Part shown: piece after piece, positions 1-11,348 of the stretch
How positions within the stretch are numbered: position 1 is the stretch's first letter
How the letters are laid out: every line of letters starts with the position of its first letter
Assembly: GCA_963737265.1 (NCBI GenBank)
Contig: CAVTRY010000014.1
Coordinates: forward strand, 352,001-416,000
DNA from: an uncultured delta proteobacterium
Lineage (GTDB): Bacteria > Myxococcota_A > Polyangia > Fen-1088
DNA: 64,000 nucleotides
Direction: 5' to 3'
Program-made: the position numbers and the translations under genes
The notes under the pieces: generated by a model
Databases searched by the model: none
What the model was told of the DNA's origin: nothing
Seen by the model: only the letters and a program-made list of their open reading frames with translations

Positions 1-1020
1 ACGCTCCTGGGCGGGCTCGCGCTCGCGGGCGAAGGCACCACCATTTCAGGTGCGGGAGCGACGTTTCCGTACCCAGTTTACTCGAAGTGGGCCGACGCCT
101 ACGCCAAGGAGACGAACGTCAAATTGAACTACCAGGCCATCGGGTCGGGCGGCGGTATCAAACAGATTACCGAAGCGACGGTCGATTTTGGCGCTTCCGA
201 TGCGCCCCTCAAACCCGAGGAGCTGGACAAGGCCGGTTTGATCCAGTTCCCCGTGGTCATGGGCGGAGTGGTTCCGGTGATCAACCTCGCCGGCATCAAG
301 GCGGGCGAGCTGAAACTGGCACCGGACGTGCTGGCGGACATCTTCATGGGCAAGGTCAAGAAGTGGAACGATCCACGGCTGGTGCAGAGCAATCCGGGGC
401 TCAAGCTTCCCGAAACGGCCGTGACCGTCGTACACCGTTCGGATGGCTCGGGAACAACCTGGATTTTTACCAACTATCTCGCCAAGGTCAGTGCAGATTG
501 GTCCAAGACGGTTGGCAGCGATAAATCGGTCGCGTGGCCGACGGGCGTGGGGGGCAAGGGAAATCAGGGCGTCGCCTCCTATGTCCAGCGCATCGTCGGC
601 GCCATTGGCTACGTCGAATCGGCCTACGCCATCCAGAATCACATGGCCCACGCCAAGCTGAAAAACCACGACGGCAACTTCGTCGATCCCAGCGACGACA
701 CCGTTCAAGCAGCGGCCAAGGGAGCTGACTGGACCAAGGCGCGCGGATTTTACGTGGTCCTCACCGATCAATCGGGTGCTGCCGCGTGGCCCATCACGGG
801 CGCTTCGTTCGTGATGGTTCGTCGCGAGCAGAAGGACGCCGATATTGGCCGCGCGGTCCTGCGCTTCTTCGACTGGGCCTACCGCAACGGCGGCGCGGCC
901 GCCAAGGAGCTGGGTTATATCCCCATGCCCTCCAACGTGGTGGACCTGGTCGAGAAGGCTTGGGAGAAAGACTTGAAGGACACTGGCGGCAAGAAGGTCT
1001 GGCTCGCCAGTAAGCGGTGA
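1..1020 (+). CDS. pstS: phosphate ABC transporter substrate-binding protein (5' end outside window)
   Basis: Frame open from base 1: GAGATFPYPVY, IGSGGG, HRSDGSGTT motifs; first gene of pst cluster. Confidence 0.97.
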   Translation, partial: TLLGGLALAGEGTTISGAGATFPYPVYSKWADAYAKETNVKLNYQAIGSGGGIKQITEATVDFGASDAPLKPEELDKAGLIQFPVVMGGVVPVINLAGIKAGELKLAPDVLADIFMGKVKKWNDPRLVQSNPGLKLPETAVTVVHRSDGSGTTWIFTNYLAKVSADWSKTVGSDKSVAWPTGVGGKGNQGVASYVQRIVGAIGYVESAYAIQNHMAHAKLKNHDGNFVDPSDDTVQAAAKGADWTKARGFYVVLTDQSGAAAWPITGASFVMVRREQKDADIGRAVLRFFDWAYRNGGAAAKELGYIPMPSNVVDLVEKAWEKDLKDTGGKKVWLASKR

Positions 1021-1053
1021 AGGGACGCCCTCGCGTAATCGGGTGATGCCATC

Positions 1054-2061
1054 GTGAGTCCGGCCGGCGCAGCAGCGACGCAAGAGAGCGAGCCTCCCGA
1101 ATCGTCCGGCCCGTCGGCCGTGGGACCTCGCGTCGTCTCGCCCGGAGATCGGTTCTTTCGCGGGCTGACCAAGTTTTTTGCCGCGCTGGTGCTGCTGTCG
1201 GTCTTCGGGATGCTCGTCACCCTGCTGGCTGGTTCATGGCCTGCGCTCAAGGCCTTCGGGCCGAGGTTTCTTGCCAGCAAGGAATGGAACCCGGTTACGG
1301 AGCAGTTTGGTGCGCTGGCTCCGCTCTACGGAACCGTGATCACGTCCGTCATCGCGCTGCTGGTCGGCGTTCCGGTGAGCTTTGGCATCGCCCTCGTGAT
1401 CACGGAGCTGGCGCCGCGCTGGCTCAAGCGGCCCATCGGCGTGGCCATCGAGCTGCTCGCCGCGATTCCCAGCATCATTTACGGCATGTGGGGTCTGTTC
1501 GTGTTCGCTCCGATTTTCGCGTCGACCCTGCAACCGTGGCTGACCGAGCATGTGGGGGCGGTGCCGATCCTGGGGCTGCTCTTTGAAGGCCCGCCCATGG
1601 GGATTGGCATGCTTACCGCCGGTCTCATTTTGGCCATCATGATTGTTCCTTTCATGGCGGCCGTGATGCGGGATGTGTTCGAGACCGTGCCCGCGTCCTT
1701 GCGCGAATCGGCCTACGCGCTCGGCTGCACGACCTGGGAAGTGGTGTGGCGGGTGATTTTGCCGTACACGCGCGTGGGGGTCATCGGCGGCATTATGCTC
1801 GGACTCGGCCGAGCGCTCGGCGAAACCATGGCGGTCACGTTTGTCATCGGGAATGCGCACGACATGCACCTGTCGCTGTTCATGCCCGGCAACACCATCT
1901 CCTCGACGCTGGCCAATGAGTTCACCGAGGCCACGACGACGCTCTACACGTCGTCGCTGCTGGCGCTCGGGTTGGTCCTTTTCGTACTCACGCTCATCGT
2001 GCTCATCGCCGCGCGTTTGATGTTGATGAAGTTGCGCGGGCGCGAGGGAGAGCGGACGTGA
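1054..2061 (+). CDS. pstC: phosphate ABC transporter permease
   Basis: [25 protein letters not shown] motifs. Confidence 0.97.
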   Translation: MSPAGAAATQESEPPESSGPSAVGPRVVSPGDRFFRGLTKFFAALVLLSVFGMLVTLLAGSWPALKAFGPRFLASKEWNPVTEQFGALAPLYGTVITSVIALLVGVPVSFGIALVITELAPRWLKRPIGVAIELLAAIPSIIYGMWGLFVFAPIFASTLQPWLTEHVGAVPILGLLFEGPPMGIGMLTAGLILAIMIVPFMAAVMRDVFETVPASLRESAYALGCTTWEVVWRVILPYTRVGVIGGIMLGLGRALGETMAVTFVIGNAHDMHLSLFMPGNTISSTLANEFTEATTTLYTSSLLALGLVLFVLTLIVLIAARLMLMKLRGREGERT

Positions 2062-2894
2062 GCCTCTACGCCCGTCGTCGGCTGGTCAATCAGGTCGGCC
2101 TGACGCTGTCGATCCTCGCGACGCTATTCGGGCTCTTTTGGCTGGTTTGGTTGCTGTGGACGCTTTTCGGCAATGGGTTGCAATGGATCCGGCCCAGCTT
2201 GTTCGTGGAATCCACGCCGCCACCGGGCGCGAACGGCGGGCTCGCCAACGCCATTGTTGGCAGCGTGATTCTCACCATTGCGGGCGTGGGCATCGGCGCG
2301 CCGGCGGGCATTCTCGCCGGGACGTATTTGGCCGAGTTCGGTCGGACGTCGCGCCTGGGTTCGATTGTCCGCTTCGTCAACGACATTCTACTTAGCGCCC
2401 CGTCCATCATCATCGGCGTCTTCGTCTATGGCCTCATCGTTCTGCGCACCGGCCACTTCTCCGGTTGGGCGGGTGCCATAGCCCTGGCGCTGATCGTGCT
2501 GCCGGTCGTGGTGCGCACCACCGAGAACATGATGCGCCTGGTGCCGGATAGCCTGCGCGAGGCAGCGGCCGCGCTCGGAGCGCCAAGCTGGAGGGTCACC
2601 ATCGTCATCGTCTATCGCAGCGCCTTGCCGGGAATCGCCACAGGCGTGCTGCTCGGGATGGCGCGGGTGAGCGGCGAAACGGCACCGTTGCTGTTCACCG
2701 CGCTCAACAACCAGTTCTGGAGCACCGACATGAGCCGGCCCTTTCCCAATCTGCCGGCCGTGATTTTTCAGTTCGCGATGAGCCCGTACGAAGACTGGCA
2801 ACACCTGGCATGGGCCGGCGCGCTGCTCATCACCGTTACCATCCTCGTCATCAATATTGCCGCCAGGGTGCTTATGAAGCGCAGCAAATCGTGA
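2058..2894 (+). CDS. pstA: phosphate ABC transporter permease
   Basis: [25 protein letters not shown]; overlaps pstC stop. Confidence 0.97.
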   Translation: MSLYARRRLVNQVGLTLSILATLFGLFWLVWLLWTLFGNGLQWIRPSLFVESTPPPGANGGLANAIVGSVILTIAGVGIGAPAGILAGTYLAEFGRTSRLGSIVRFVNDILLSAPSIIIGVFVYGLIVLRTGHFSGWAGAIALALIVLPVVVRTTENMMRLVPDSLREAAAALGAPSWRVTIVIVYRSALPGIATGVLLGMARVSGETAPLLFTALNNQFWSTDMSRPFPNLPAVIFQFAMSPYEDWQHLAWAGALLITVTILVINIAARVLMKRSKS

Positions 2895-2902
2895 GGCTAG
2901 CC

Positions 2903-3772
2903 ATGGAATCGCCAAGCTCATCGACAGCGACCGCCAACGAACCACCGGGGCACCCGCCCGCGGAGAAACCGCCCCATCCGGCGGCGAGCCTTCCCGCCAA
3001 GAAGACCGCGCCCGCGCCGGCGCCCAAGGTCGAGATTCGCAGGCTCTGTTTCTTCTACGGCAAATACCAGGCGCTGCACGACGTCGACCTCGACATTCAC
3101 GACCGGCAAATCACGGCGTTCATCGGCCCGTCCGGTTGTGGCAAGTCGACGTTGCTGCGGACCCTCAATCGTATTTACGAGCTCTATCCCGGACAGCACG
3201 CGACGGGAAAGATCATGCTCGGCGGCCGCAACCTTCTCGAACGCGCCGACAACGTCAATCTGCTGCGTGCGCGAGTGGGCATGGTATTTCAAAAACCGAC
3301 GCCGTTCCCCATGTCGGTGCAAGACAATATCAGCTTCGGCGTGCACCTCTACGAGCGTCTCTCGAAGCCCGACATGGCGGATCGGGTGCAATGGGCGCTG
3401 GAAAAGGCCGCGCTTTGGAACGAGGTGAAGGACAAGTTGCGCCAGGATGGAACCGCGCTGTCGGGCGGGCAGCAGCAGCGGCTGTGCATTGCACGCGCCG
3501 TGGCCGTGAAACCAGACGTCTTGCTGCTCGACGAGCCGGCATCCGCGCTCGATCCGATTTCAACGCAGAAGATCGAACAGCTCATCACCGACCTCAAGAA
3601 GGACTACACCATCGCCATCGTGACCCACAACATGCAGCAGGCGGCACGCGTTTCCGACTACACCGCGTTCATGTATCTCGGCCGCCTGATCGAGTTTGGC
3701 GACACCAAGAAGCTGTTCATGAAGCCCGCGCAGCAGCAGACCGAGGAATACATCACAGGAAGATTTGGATGA
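2903..3772 (+). CDS. pstB: phosphate ABC transporter ATPase
   Basis: [37 protein letters not shown] end; start placed at ATG 2903. Confidence 0.96.
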   Translation: MESPSSSTATANEPPGHPPAEKPPHPAASLPAKKTAPAPAPKVEIRRLCFFYGKYQALHDVDLDIHDRQITAFIGPSGCGKSTLLRTLNRIYELYPGQHATGKIMLGGRNLLERADNVNLLRARVGMVFQKPTPFPMSVQDNISFGVHLYERLSKPDMADRVQWALEKAALWNEVKDKLRQDGTALSGGQQQRLCIARAVAVKPDVLLLDEPASALDPISTQKIEQLITDLKKDYTIAIVTHNMQQAARVSDYTAFMYLGRLIEFGDTKKLFMKPAQQQTEEYITGRFG

Positions 3773-4464
3773 GCCTGCCTCAGCACACCAACCACGACTT
3801 CGAAGCCGAGATCGAGTCCGTGCGGCAACGGATCTTCGATATGGGCAAGCAGGTGGATCGGGTTCTGGAGTCGAGTGGAAAAGCGCTGTTGGCACACGAC
3901 AGCGAGCTCGGTAATTCCATCATCGCCGGGGACGAGGAGACGGACTCGATGGAATTGGAGATCGACCATCTCTGTCTAGAGATCCTGGCGCGCCGGCAGC
4001 CGGTGGCGGGCGATCTGCGCCTTTTGACTTCGGCGCTGAAATTGGTGATCGATCTGGAGCGCATCGGCGATCTCGGCGTCAGCATCGCCGGGCGGGTGGT
4101 GGAACTAGGGGCCGAGCCACCTCTCACCCCTTATGAAGACCTCATTCGGATGCTGACGACGGCGCGCGAGATGTTGGCGGAAGCGCTGGCGGCGCTGCAA
4201 AACCAGGATGTCGCAGGCGCCACTCGGGTCATCGGCAAGGACGAGGTCGTCGACGGGTATTACACCCAGATCTTTAACGATGTCCTCGGCCGTATGCGCG
4301 AGAGCCCCGAGAACGTCTTTCGCGCCACGCGCGTCCAGGCTATCTCCAAGTACATCGAGAGGATCGGAGACCACGCCACGAACGTCGCCGAGCGCGTGAT
4401 CTTCATCCTAAGCGGCGACGACATCCGTCACACCACCCGGGTGCGCCGGAGCGACCTTTCCTAA
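3769..4464 (+). CDS. phoU: phosphate signaling protein PhoU
   Basis: [15 protein letters not shown] and ERIGDHATN repeats; ATGA overlap with pstB. Confidence 0.95.
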   Translation: MSLPQHTNHDFEAEIESVRQRIFDMGKQVDRVLESSGKALLAHDSELGNSIIAGDEETDSMELEIDHLCLEILARRQPVAGDLRLLTSALKLVIDLERIGDLGVSIAGRVVELGAEPPLTPYEDLIRMLTTAREMLAEALAALQNQDVAGATRVIGKDEVVDGYYTQIFNDVLGRMRESPENVFRATRVQAISKYIERIGDHATNVAERVIFILSGDDIRHTTRVRRSDLS

Positions 4465-4479
4465 TCAAAGGAGATCGTC

Positions 4480-4725
4480 ATGAGTCAGGAGCAATGTCAA
4501 AGCTGTGCGATGCCCATCGAAAGCGGCAGCTACTGCAAGTACTGCGTTGACGAGAAGGGCCACTTGCAACCATTCGAAGAGCGTTTCCAGCGCATGGTGC
4601 AATGGACATCGAGGCGGAACCCGGAAATTTCCTTGGACGAAGCCCAGAGGCAAACGCTCGCCACCATGGCGCAGATGCCAGCCTGGCGCGACCACCCCAA
4701 GGTGAAGGCAGCCGCAGGTAGATAG
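4480..4725 (+). CDS. small zinc-ribbon domain protein
   Basis: CQSCAMP...YCKYC, GGAG RBS upstream. Confidence 0.8.
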   Translation: MSQEQCQSCAMPIESGSYCKYCVDEKGHLQPFEERFQRMVQWTSRRNPEISLDEAQRQTLATMAQMPAWRDHPKVKAAAGR

Positions 4726-4761
4726 AGGTTTCACCACCAGAGGGCCCGCTGGGCGGCGCCG

Positions 4762-7251
4762 TCAGCCCTTGGTTTTCTTGCCCGGCTGCTGGTCGGCCTT
4801 TACTTCGTCCATGGTCGTGCGCAAGCTGCCACCGGTGTCGCTGGCTTTCACTCCGGGGGGGCGTTGCCAGGGCACGTCCTTGAGCGGCTGGCCGGCGGTG
4901 ACTTCGTGAAGGTAGCGGGCAGTCATGGGCACGGTGAGCATGAAGGCGGCGTCTTTGAATCCAAGCGGACGCTCGCGCCGGTCGTCGCCGATCCAGCTGG
5001 TGGTCATCCAGCGCGAGGTGTAGCCCACGAACCAGGTGTCCATGGTCGCGCTGGAGGTGCCGGTCTTGCCCGCGACCAACAAGCCCGAGCTGCGTAGCGC
5101 GGGCGCGTGTCCCTTGGTCACCACATGGCGCAGAAGCTGCGAGGTGAGCCACGCGGTCCGCGGAGGCATCACGTTGGTCACGCGCCTGCCAGCCAGGGCC
5201 ACCATGCGATCGAGGCGCAGATCGGGTGCGCTCATGGGATCGGACACGACGGTGCTGTCTTCCAGGACCTGCCCCGCGCGATCGCGCACGCGCCGCACGT
5301 AAACCGGATCCGAAAGCGATCCGTTGCGCGCGAAGGCCGAAAAGGCACGCGTCAGCTCGTCGATGCGGGTGCAGGACGCGCCGAGGGCGAGCGCCTGGTC
5401 GGGAATGATCGGCGTCGTGATTCCCAATTTGCGCGCCCAGGACTCGACATCCTTGCCGCCAAGGAGCTTGAACAGCTGCACCGACGGCACGTTCTTCGAC
5501 CAAATCAGCGCGTACTCCAGATTCACCTGGTACTCGACGGTGTTGTTGAGGTTTTGCGGTATCCAGACCTCGCCGGTGATGGGATCCACTTCGGCGCGCG
5601 GAGTGTCGTTGAGCAGAGACGCGTAGCCGTAGCCGCGGTCGAGGGCGAGCGAATAATAGATGGGCTTGTAGGTCGAGCCCGGCTGGCGGCATGCTTGCAC
5701 GACGCGGTTGAATTCGGATCGGTCGAAGTCGAGGCCACCCACCATGGCCAGCACATAGCCAGTTTGGTGGTCGTAGGAAAACAGCGAACCCTGCACGTGC
5801 GGCGTCTGTTCCAATCGGAGCGTCATCGGGCCGGGCGCCGACTTGCGCTCGGGACTGGCCGGGATCCACTGCACCTCGCCCGCGCTGTCGTAGGTCCAGT
5901 CGGAAAATCGGCGAATGCGCGAAGCCAACGCGGGCGTTACCCACACCACATCCCCCGCGTGAAGCACGCCCGCCGTGTTGGTCAGCGTCTTACTGTTGGT
6001 CGAGTCCGTCGTGCTGTATGGGAAGGCCCATTCCATTCCCGACGACGGCAAGGGGTAGGTCTTCTCGCCCACCCGCACTTGTGCGCCTTTGCCGCCGCTC
6101 GTGCCTTCGACCAGGCCGAGGTAGAGGCGTCCCTCGACGGGCCGGGTGGCGCCGTAGCGCGCGTTCGCTCGGCGGCGGAATTCGTCGGCCGCCGGGCCGG
6201 CCAGACGAACCACGGGTCCGCGCCAGCCTTGGCGCTTGTCGAGCTTGCGGAGCGAGAAGTCGACGTTTTCCTGCGCGGCTTCGTCGATCCACGGCACCAG
6301 CGTGGTTTCGATTTCGAGGCCGCCTTCCCACAGTGCCTTTTCGCCGTAGCGCTTGCCGATGTCGCGGCGGACGTGCTCGGCGAAGTAGGGCGAACGCTCG
6401 CGAAACACATCCGGCGGTTGCCGCACGACCAGCGGACGCGCGCGCAGGTTGTCCGCCGTCGCCTCGTCGATGACGCCGGCGGTGGCCATGGCCGCCAGCA
6501 CTTGATCGCGGCGTGCTCGTGTCAGGTCGGGCGCGAGCAGCGGCGAGTAGCGACTGGGCGCTTGCGCGATGCCGGCGATGGTGGCCATCTCGGCCAAGTC
6601 AAGGTCGCTGACCTGCTTGTTGAAATAGCGACGCGCGGCCGCGGCCACGCCGTACGATTGGTGGCCGAGAAAAATCTGGTTGAGGTAGAGGGTCAAAATC
6701 TGATCTTTGGCGTAGCTTGCCTCCAGTCGACGGGCGAGGATCGCCTCGCGGATCTTTCGCTGCAGGGTTTGCTCGGACGAACGCAGGAACGCGCGCGCCA
6801 CCTGCTGAGTGATGGTCGAGCCGCCTTGGACCACGTGGCCGGCACGCAGGTTGGCGACCAGGGCGCGCACCATGCCGCGGTAGTCGAGGCCGCCGTGCTC
6901 GTAGAAGCGCCGGTCTTCGATGGCGACGAAGGCGCGCGGCAGATTCCTGGGAAAGGCCTCGAGGGGCAGAATCTCGCGGCGCTCGCTCGCCAGCTCGGCG
7001 AGGATGGTGCCGTCCCACGCGTGCACGCGCGTCGACTCGGCGGTCTCCTGCCGGTAGCGGTCGAAGTCCGGCAAGCTTGGCAACGTGGCCGCGAAATAGG
7101 CGTAAAGGCCGAGTCCTGCCAGCACGGCGAGCCCGGCCAGGCACAGGGCCGCGAAGCCATAGAATTTGAAAAGCCAGAACCAGAACCCGCCGTCCGAGGG
7201 ATTGCTGACCTCGACGCAGGCTGGCTCTGGCGAGGAACGTCGCCAACTCAC
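4762..7251 (-). CDS. mrcA: class A penicillin-binding protein PBP1A
   Basis: EDRRFYEHGG, GGSTITQQ, RKIRE transglycosylase motifs; STYK, SKN, KTG transpeptidase motifs. Confidence 0.92.
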   Translation of the reverse strand: MSWRRSSPEPACVEVSNPSDGGFWFWLFKFYGFAALCLAGLAVLAGLGLYAYFAATLPSLPDFDRYRQETAESTRVHAWDGTILAELASERREILPLEAFPRNLPRAFVAIEDRRFYEHGGLDYRGMVRALVANLRAGHVVQGGSTITQQVARAFLRSSEQTLQRKIREAILARRLEASYAKDQILTLYLNQIFLGHQSYGVAAAARRYFNKQVSDLDLAEMATIAGIAQAPSRYSPLLAPDLTRARRDQVLAAMATAGVIDEATADNLRARPLVVRQPPDVFRERSPYFAEHVRRDIGKRYGEKALWEGGLEIETTLVPWIDEAAQENVDFSLRKLDKRQGWRGPVVRLAGPAADEFRRRANARYGATRPVEGRLYLGLVEGTSGGKGAQVRVGEKTYPLPSSGMEWAFPYSTTDSTNSKTLTNTAGVLHAGDVVWVTPALASRIRRFSDWTYDSAGEVQWIPASPERKSAPGPMTLRLEQTPHVQGSLFSYDHQTGYVLAMVGGLDFDRSEFNRVVQACRQPGSTYKPIYYSLALDRGYGYASLLNDTPRAEVDPITGEVWIPQNLNNTVEYQVNLEYALIWSKNVPSVQLFKLLGGKDVESWARKLGITTPIIPDQALALGASCTRIDELTRAFSAFARNGSLSDPVYVRRVRDRAGQVLEDSTVVSDPMSAPDLRLDRMVALAGRRVTNVMPPRTAWLTSQLLRHVVTKGHAPALRSSGLLVAGKTGTSSATMDTWFVGYTSRWMTTSWIGDDRRERPLGFKDAAFMLTVPMTARYLHEVTAGQPLKDVPWQRPPGVKASDTGGSLRTTMDEVKADQQPGKKTKG

Positions 7252-7283
7252 GCGCGGAATGTAGCAGCCCGAGGCGAAAGTCT

Positions 7284-8330
7284 CTAGCGGGCACTCATAC
7301 GTAGGTACTTAGGCGACGGCCACATGGCGAAGTCCCGCGGCGAGGCGTCCGGTTTTTCGGTCGCGCTTCGGATGTGCCCGAAGCGTGTTGCCAACGAGGA
7401 AAGCGAAGGCGGCGCGTATGTCGTCGAAGAGGCTCGTGCTGCATTCAAGGACGGCAGCCAGGATTGCGTCGAGGAAGTGCTTGGCGGAACGGGCTGCGCG
7501 CTGTGTGGACAGCGGGATGCCGCACCACGCTCGGCCGCGTGGGTGATGCAGCGCTTGAGCGTAGCTGCGAGGAGGCTGGCCCAGATCAAGCCCTCGGCGA
7601 TGGGGGCCTTGCCGGTGTCGAATTTGTGGAGGTTTGAGCGGGATTTCCATTCTTTGAACAGCAGCTCAACTTGCCACCTTAGCCTGTAGATCTGCCCCAC
7701 GTCGTGCGCGGAGAAAGTCTCACGGGGCAAGTTCGTGTGTAGGTAGACAAAGGCCGCCTTGTTTTGCTTTCCTTCGGCATAGATGACGACGAGACGACCG
7801 CTGTAGGGCTTGCCCGAGTCGCGCTTCCAATCGATGTCGAGGTCGACGTCATGACGGGGAAGCAGGGACCACGAGAGGCGCCTTCCTTCAAGGTGACGGA
7901 GACGTCTGCCCTGGCTATCGCGAGCGGTCCGGATGGTCGGCCGGATGCTCTTTGTGCCACGGACTATGAAGGAACCGTCGGCGTCTTGTACGGCGACGAA
8001 GAACTCTCGCTCCTGGTATCCACGGTCCTCAAGCAGCAGGTGGTTCTTGAGAGAAGCCGCCTTGGGAGAGAACGGCCGCTCAGCCTCCCTGTCCGGAGCC
8101 AAGGTAATCGCGACCGGGTTGTCGCTGAGGACACTCATCGTGACGTGGAGTTCTACCGCAGCCGGTGTCAGCTTCTTGAAGCGCCCCGGCCACTTCCTCG
8201 AACTGGGCCAGCTTGCTCTTCGGTAACCCCTCGAGCACGGGCGCCGTGAGCTTTGCCAGCAACTCCTCCAGAATCGCGCGTACGAAGCCACGATCCACGC
8301 ACAAGGGTTCCGCCGAAATGCAGGTTAGAG
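7284..8330 (-). pseudogene. IS4-family transposase remnant (frameshifts, internal deletions)
   Basis: YRLRWQVELLFKEWKS (YREK) and DRGY motifs spread over several frames; ends approximate. Confidence 0.8.
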
Positions 8331-8338
8331 ATTCCGCG

Positions 8339-8914
8339 CTATTGGCTCATCGGGCACATGGGCGAGCCGCAAGGACACCCTTCCATTCCCTGCCCCATGC
8401 CCATGTCCATCCCATGGCCACGTCCAGGTCCGCCGCCACCGCGTCGACCCTTGGGGCCAGCGCCTCCCATCATTCCGGGGCCCATACCCATTCCGCGGCC
8501 AGGACCGGACTGCGCCCATTCCGCCCTCTGCGCTGGCGTGAGCAACGCGTGAACTTCTAGTCCGAAGTCGGTCCAGATTGCTCGCATCTTCTGGTGGATG
8601 GCATCCATCTCGGCTTGCTTGCCTGTGATGGCCTTGCGATCCGGCTTCTCGACCGCCCAAAGCTGTCGCATCTCGACCATCTTGGTCTCCAGTTCGCCGC
8701 GAAGAGGAGCGGCCTTTTCCTTGGCAGCGGCACGCAGGGCGGCGATCTTCGTCTCTTGGTCCGGGGTCAAGTTGGATGCAGGAGCCTTCTGACCCATGGC
8801 GCCTCTTCCCACTCCAGGAGGCGAATTGGCGCCGGGGCCTTGTGCCAACGCAGGCGAAACTGCTCCCACCAACAACATCATCACGAGTCCCATGGAACTG
8901 AATGTCTTGTGCAT
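8339..8914 (-). CDS. Spy/CpxP/ZraP-like periplasmic protein
   Basis: Signal peptide (ALA), LTPDQ and LTPAQ (LTxxQ) motifs, Gly/Met-rich tail ending CPC..CPM. Confidence 0.8.
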   Translation of the reverse strand: MHKTFSSMGLVMMLLVGAVSPALAQGPGANSPPGVGRGAMGQKAPASNLTPDQETKIAALRAAAKEKAAPLRGELETKMVEMRQLWAVEKPDRKAITGKQAEMDAIHQKMRAIWTDFGLEVHALLTPAQRAEWAQSGPGRGMGMGPGMMGGAGPKGRRGGGGPGRGHGMDMGMGQGMEGCPCGSPMCPMSQ

Positions 8915-8926
8915 GTTTCTCCTCCG

Positions 8927-9940
8927 TTACGTTCGTACGATCGGGCGCGAATTGTAAGTGTTCCAGAATAGCACCGTCTTGTCGGCAAGCTGGTTGTTCC
9001 GGGCGTCGGCGACCACGGCGGCCAGCGCTTTTGCCGTGTAGGTTGTTTCAAGTCGCAACCCGTGGAAAGTCGCAAGGGCGACTGCCTCACGCGCTTCGGC
9101 GGTGGGCTGCGCGTAGCCATCACCGAAGAACCCTTCCCGCACGTGAAGTCCCACATTCTCTGGTATCAACAGGGGAAACCCAGGATCGGATTCTTGCAAC
9201 AGGGCCAATGCTTCTTTCATGGTCTGCCTCGAACGGGCCAGACCCGCGATTTCAGCTGGGACGACGCGCACACCGATGACCTGAGTCGACAGTCCAAGTG
9301 CCGCGAATCCGATGGCGAGCCCGCTTGCCGTTCCCATCGAGCCCAGGGCGACGTAGACAACGTCGGGCATGGGCAGGTGGCCACGTTCGATCTGCGCCGC
9401 CAGCTCAAGGGCCGCGTTGACGAATCCAATCGTCCCTCGGGGGACTGTCCCGCCGAAGGGAATGACGAACGGTTCGATGCCATCCTGGCGGGCAAGTTCA
9501 ATTTGCAGGTCGGCGGCCCGAGTAAGTGACTCCTGGTGCGATTCCGCGAAGCACAAGGTGGCGCCAGCGGCGCGACCGGCGTGGAGATTCGCCTCCAGAT
9601 AGGATGTAGACGGCTGAGGCGTGAGCACGGCGTGAACCTTCAGGCCGAGTTTTTGGCCGTAGACCGCCGTGGCGCGCACGTGATTCGATCCGCGCGCCCC
9701 GAAAGTAATGACCGACTTGCGCCTTTCGGCCAAAGCTTGTCCAAGCAGGAATTCGAGCTTGCGGACTTTGTTGCCGCCGTAGGCTTCACCCGAGAGGTCG
9801 TCCCGCTTGACGAAGAGCGAGCGAAGCCCAAGCCGCCGGGCCAACTCTGTCCATGGCTCGACAGGCGTAGGAAGGGATGCGAGCGCCACGTGCGCGAGCG
9901 CCTTGGTTCCTGGAAAACGGTCATGCAAGGGCAAGGTCAT
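8927..9940 (-). CDS. PLP-dependent D-cysteine desulfhydrase/ACC deaminase family protein
   Basis: KRDDL..GGNKVRKLEF, SNH, ETTYTAK. Confidence 0.9.
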   Translation of the reverse strand: MTLPLHDRFPGTKALAHVALASLPTPVEPWTELARRLGLRSLFVKRDDLSGEAYGGNKVRKLEFLLGQALAERRKSVITFGARGSNHVRATAVYGQKLGLKVHAVLTPQPSTSYLEANLHAGRAAGATLCFAESHQESLTRAADLQIELARQDGIEPFVIPFGGTVPRGTIGFVNAALELAAQIERGHLPMPDVVYVALGSMGTASGLAIGFAALGLSTQVIGVRVVPAEIAGLARSRQTMKEALALLQESDPGFPLLIPENVGLHVREGFFGDGYAQPTAEAREAVALATFHGLRLETTYTAKALAAVVADARNNQLADKTVLFWNTYNSRPIVRT

Positions 9941-9959
9941 GGCATCACTCTATTGGGGG

Positions 9960-10253
9960 CTACACTGTCTCCAGACGGATGGCCTCGTTCGGGCAGCACG
10001 GAACGCACTGGCCGCAGCCATCGCAGCGTTCGGCGCAGATGGCGATGCGAGCTGGCTCGCAGGGCACTTCCATGGTCGAACAGTACTTCACGCATTTTGC
10101 GCAGCAGAAATTCATGGGCTCTTCGATAGCGTGGTGAGGACAGCTGGAAACACATAGCCCACAGGAAGTGCACTTGGTCGTGTCGAGTACTGCCCTGTGC
10201 GCTCCGGTTGCAGCGTGTCCTCTTTCGGCGACGGGACTACCGTGTTCGTTCAT
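9960..10253 (-). CDS. 4Fe-4S dicluster ferredoxin-like protein
   Basis: CTSCGLCVSSCP and CDGCGQCVPCCP plus extra CCAKC..C cluster; start at ATG 10253. Confidence 0.85.
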   Translation of the reverse strand: MNEHGSPVAERGHAATGAHRAVLDTTKCTSCGLCVSSCPHHAIEEPMNFCCAKCVKYCSTMEVPCEPARIAICAERCDGCGQCVPCCPNEAIRLETV

Positions 10254-10275
10254 CGCGCTTGCTCCAGGTGGCGGG

Positions 10276-10809
10276 TCAGTGCGGCGTGATTTCGACCATC
10301 GCGCCGTCGGCGTAGCGCCTTGCCAACGCGACATACAGTGTCTTCGCCGTGTGGGTCATCATGTGGTGGCGTTCATCGATGTCTCCGACGATCCGCACGG
10401 GCACGCCAACCGCGACCCTCCCGGGCGGGATCTTCTGGTGATTCTTCACCATTCCCATTTCGCCCACGATGGAGCCGGCGCCGACCTCGGCGTAGTCGCT
10501 GATTACGGCGCGCATCCCGATGACAGCACCATCTTCCGCCGTGGCATTGTGGACCATGGCACCGTGGCCCACCGTCACGCGCGCGCCAATGCGAGTACAT
10601 TCGTCGTGCCGGGAATGAACGATTACGCCTTCCTCGATGGCAGTCTCGTCGCCAATCTCGATGGAACCGAAGTCGCCGCGCAGGATGGCGCCATGGCCGA
10701 TGTAGCAACGCTCGCCGATGGTGACTTTTCCAATGATCTGCGCCGACGGTGCGATGTAGGTTGTCGCCGCGATGACCGGCCGATGATTCTCAAATGCGTA
10801 GACGGGCAT
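10276..10809 (-). CDS. gamma carbonic anhydrase family protein
   Basis: LRGD, VTVGHGAMVH hexapeptide repeats. Confidence 0.92.
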   Translation of the reverse strand: MPVYAFENHRPVIAATTYIAPSAQIIGKVTIGERCYIGHGAILRGDFGSIEIGDETAIEEGVIVHSRHDECTRIGARVTVGHGAMVHNATAEDGAVIGMRAVISDYAEVGAGSIVGEMGMVKNHQKIPPGRVAVGVPVRIVGDIDERHHMMTHTAKTLYVALARRYADGAMVEITPH

Positions 10810-10818
10810 CCGTGGTCC

Positions 10819-11331
10819 TCACGTGGGATTGCGATGAAATCGTTCGTCTGCCACGATGCGATTTTCACCAGCAGCATCGAACCAGCCGGCTTTCGATCCT
10901 GGGTAGGCATCGAAGTCCGGTACATAGGGCTTGATGTCGAGCAGTGGGGTGCCGTCGAGAACGTCGATGTCGGCCACGTGTAGCACCTGGCCCTCCCTTC
11001 GCAGCAGCCGGACCACGGACATTCCGATGGGGTTGGGTCGACACGGGGAGCGGGTTGCGAAGAGTCCGTGCTCTTGGGTGTCGCGGTAGGGTACGACGTG
11101 CGTCTTGAAACCCGTGATCCGGTCGAGCCAGTAGATTAACCAGACTCGCTCGAAGCCTTCGATGTCATCCAGCGCGGCAGCAAAGGCTTCAGCGATGAGA
11201 ACCTTGCCCTCGGCGCCCTGGGCATAGCAAGGTTGAATGGGAGTGCCCGCCGCATCGGCGAAGGGGCTACGGATGACCCCAACTGTGCGCAAGCTGAAGG
11301 GGGATGGCATGGAGTTCTCGTCGCTACACAC
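10819..11331 (-). CDS. tsaA: TsaA/TrmO-like tRNA m6t6A37 methyltransferase
   Basis: GLFATRSPCRPNPIG, DGTPLLDIKPY; true start may be ATG 11310. Confidence 0.9.
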   Translation of the reverse strand: MCSDENSMPSPFSLRTVGVIRSPFADAAGTPIQPCYAQGAEGKVLIAEAFAAALDDIEGFERVWLIYWLDRITGFKTHVVPYRDTQEHGLFATRSPCRPNPIGMSVVRLLRREGQVLHVADIDVLDGTPLLDIKPYVPDFDAYPGSKAGWFDAAGENRIVADERFHRNPT

Positions 11332-11348
11332 CGCAGGTGCCTAGAGTT

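Noticed and set aside
5107-7287. Long antisense ORFs (also 46-1083, 23961-25097, 47034-48425 and similar)
   Set aside because: Shadow frames of real genes in high-GC DNA, no motifs
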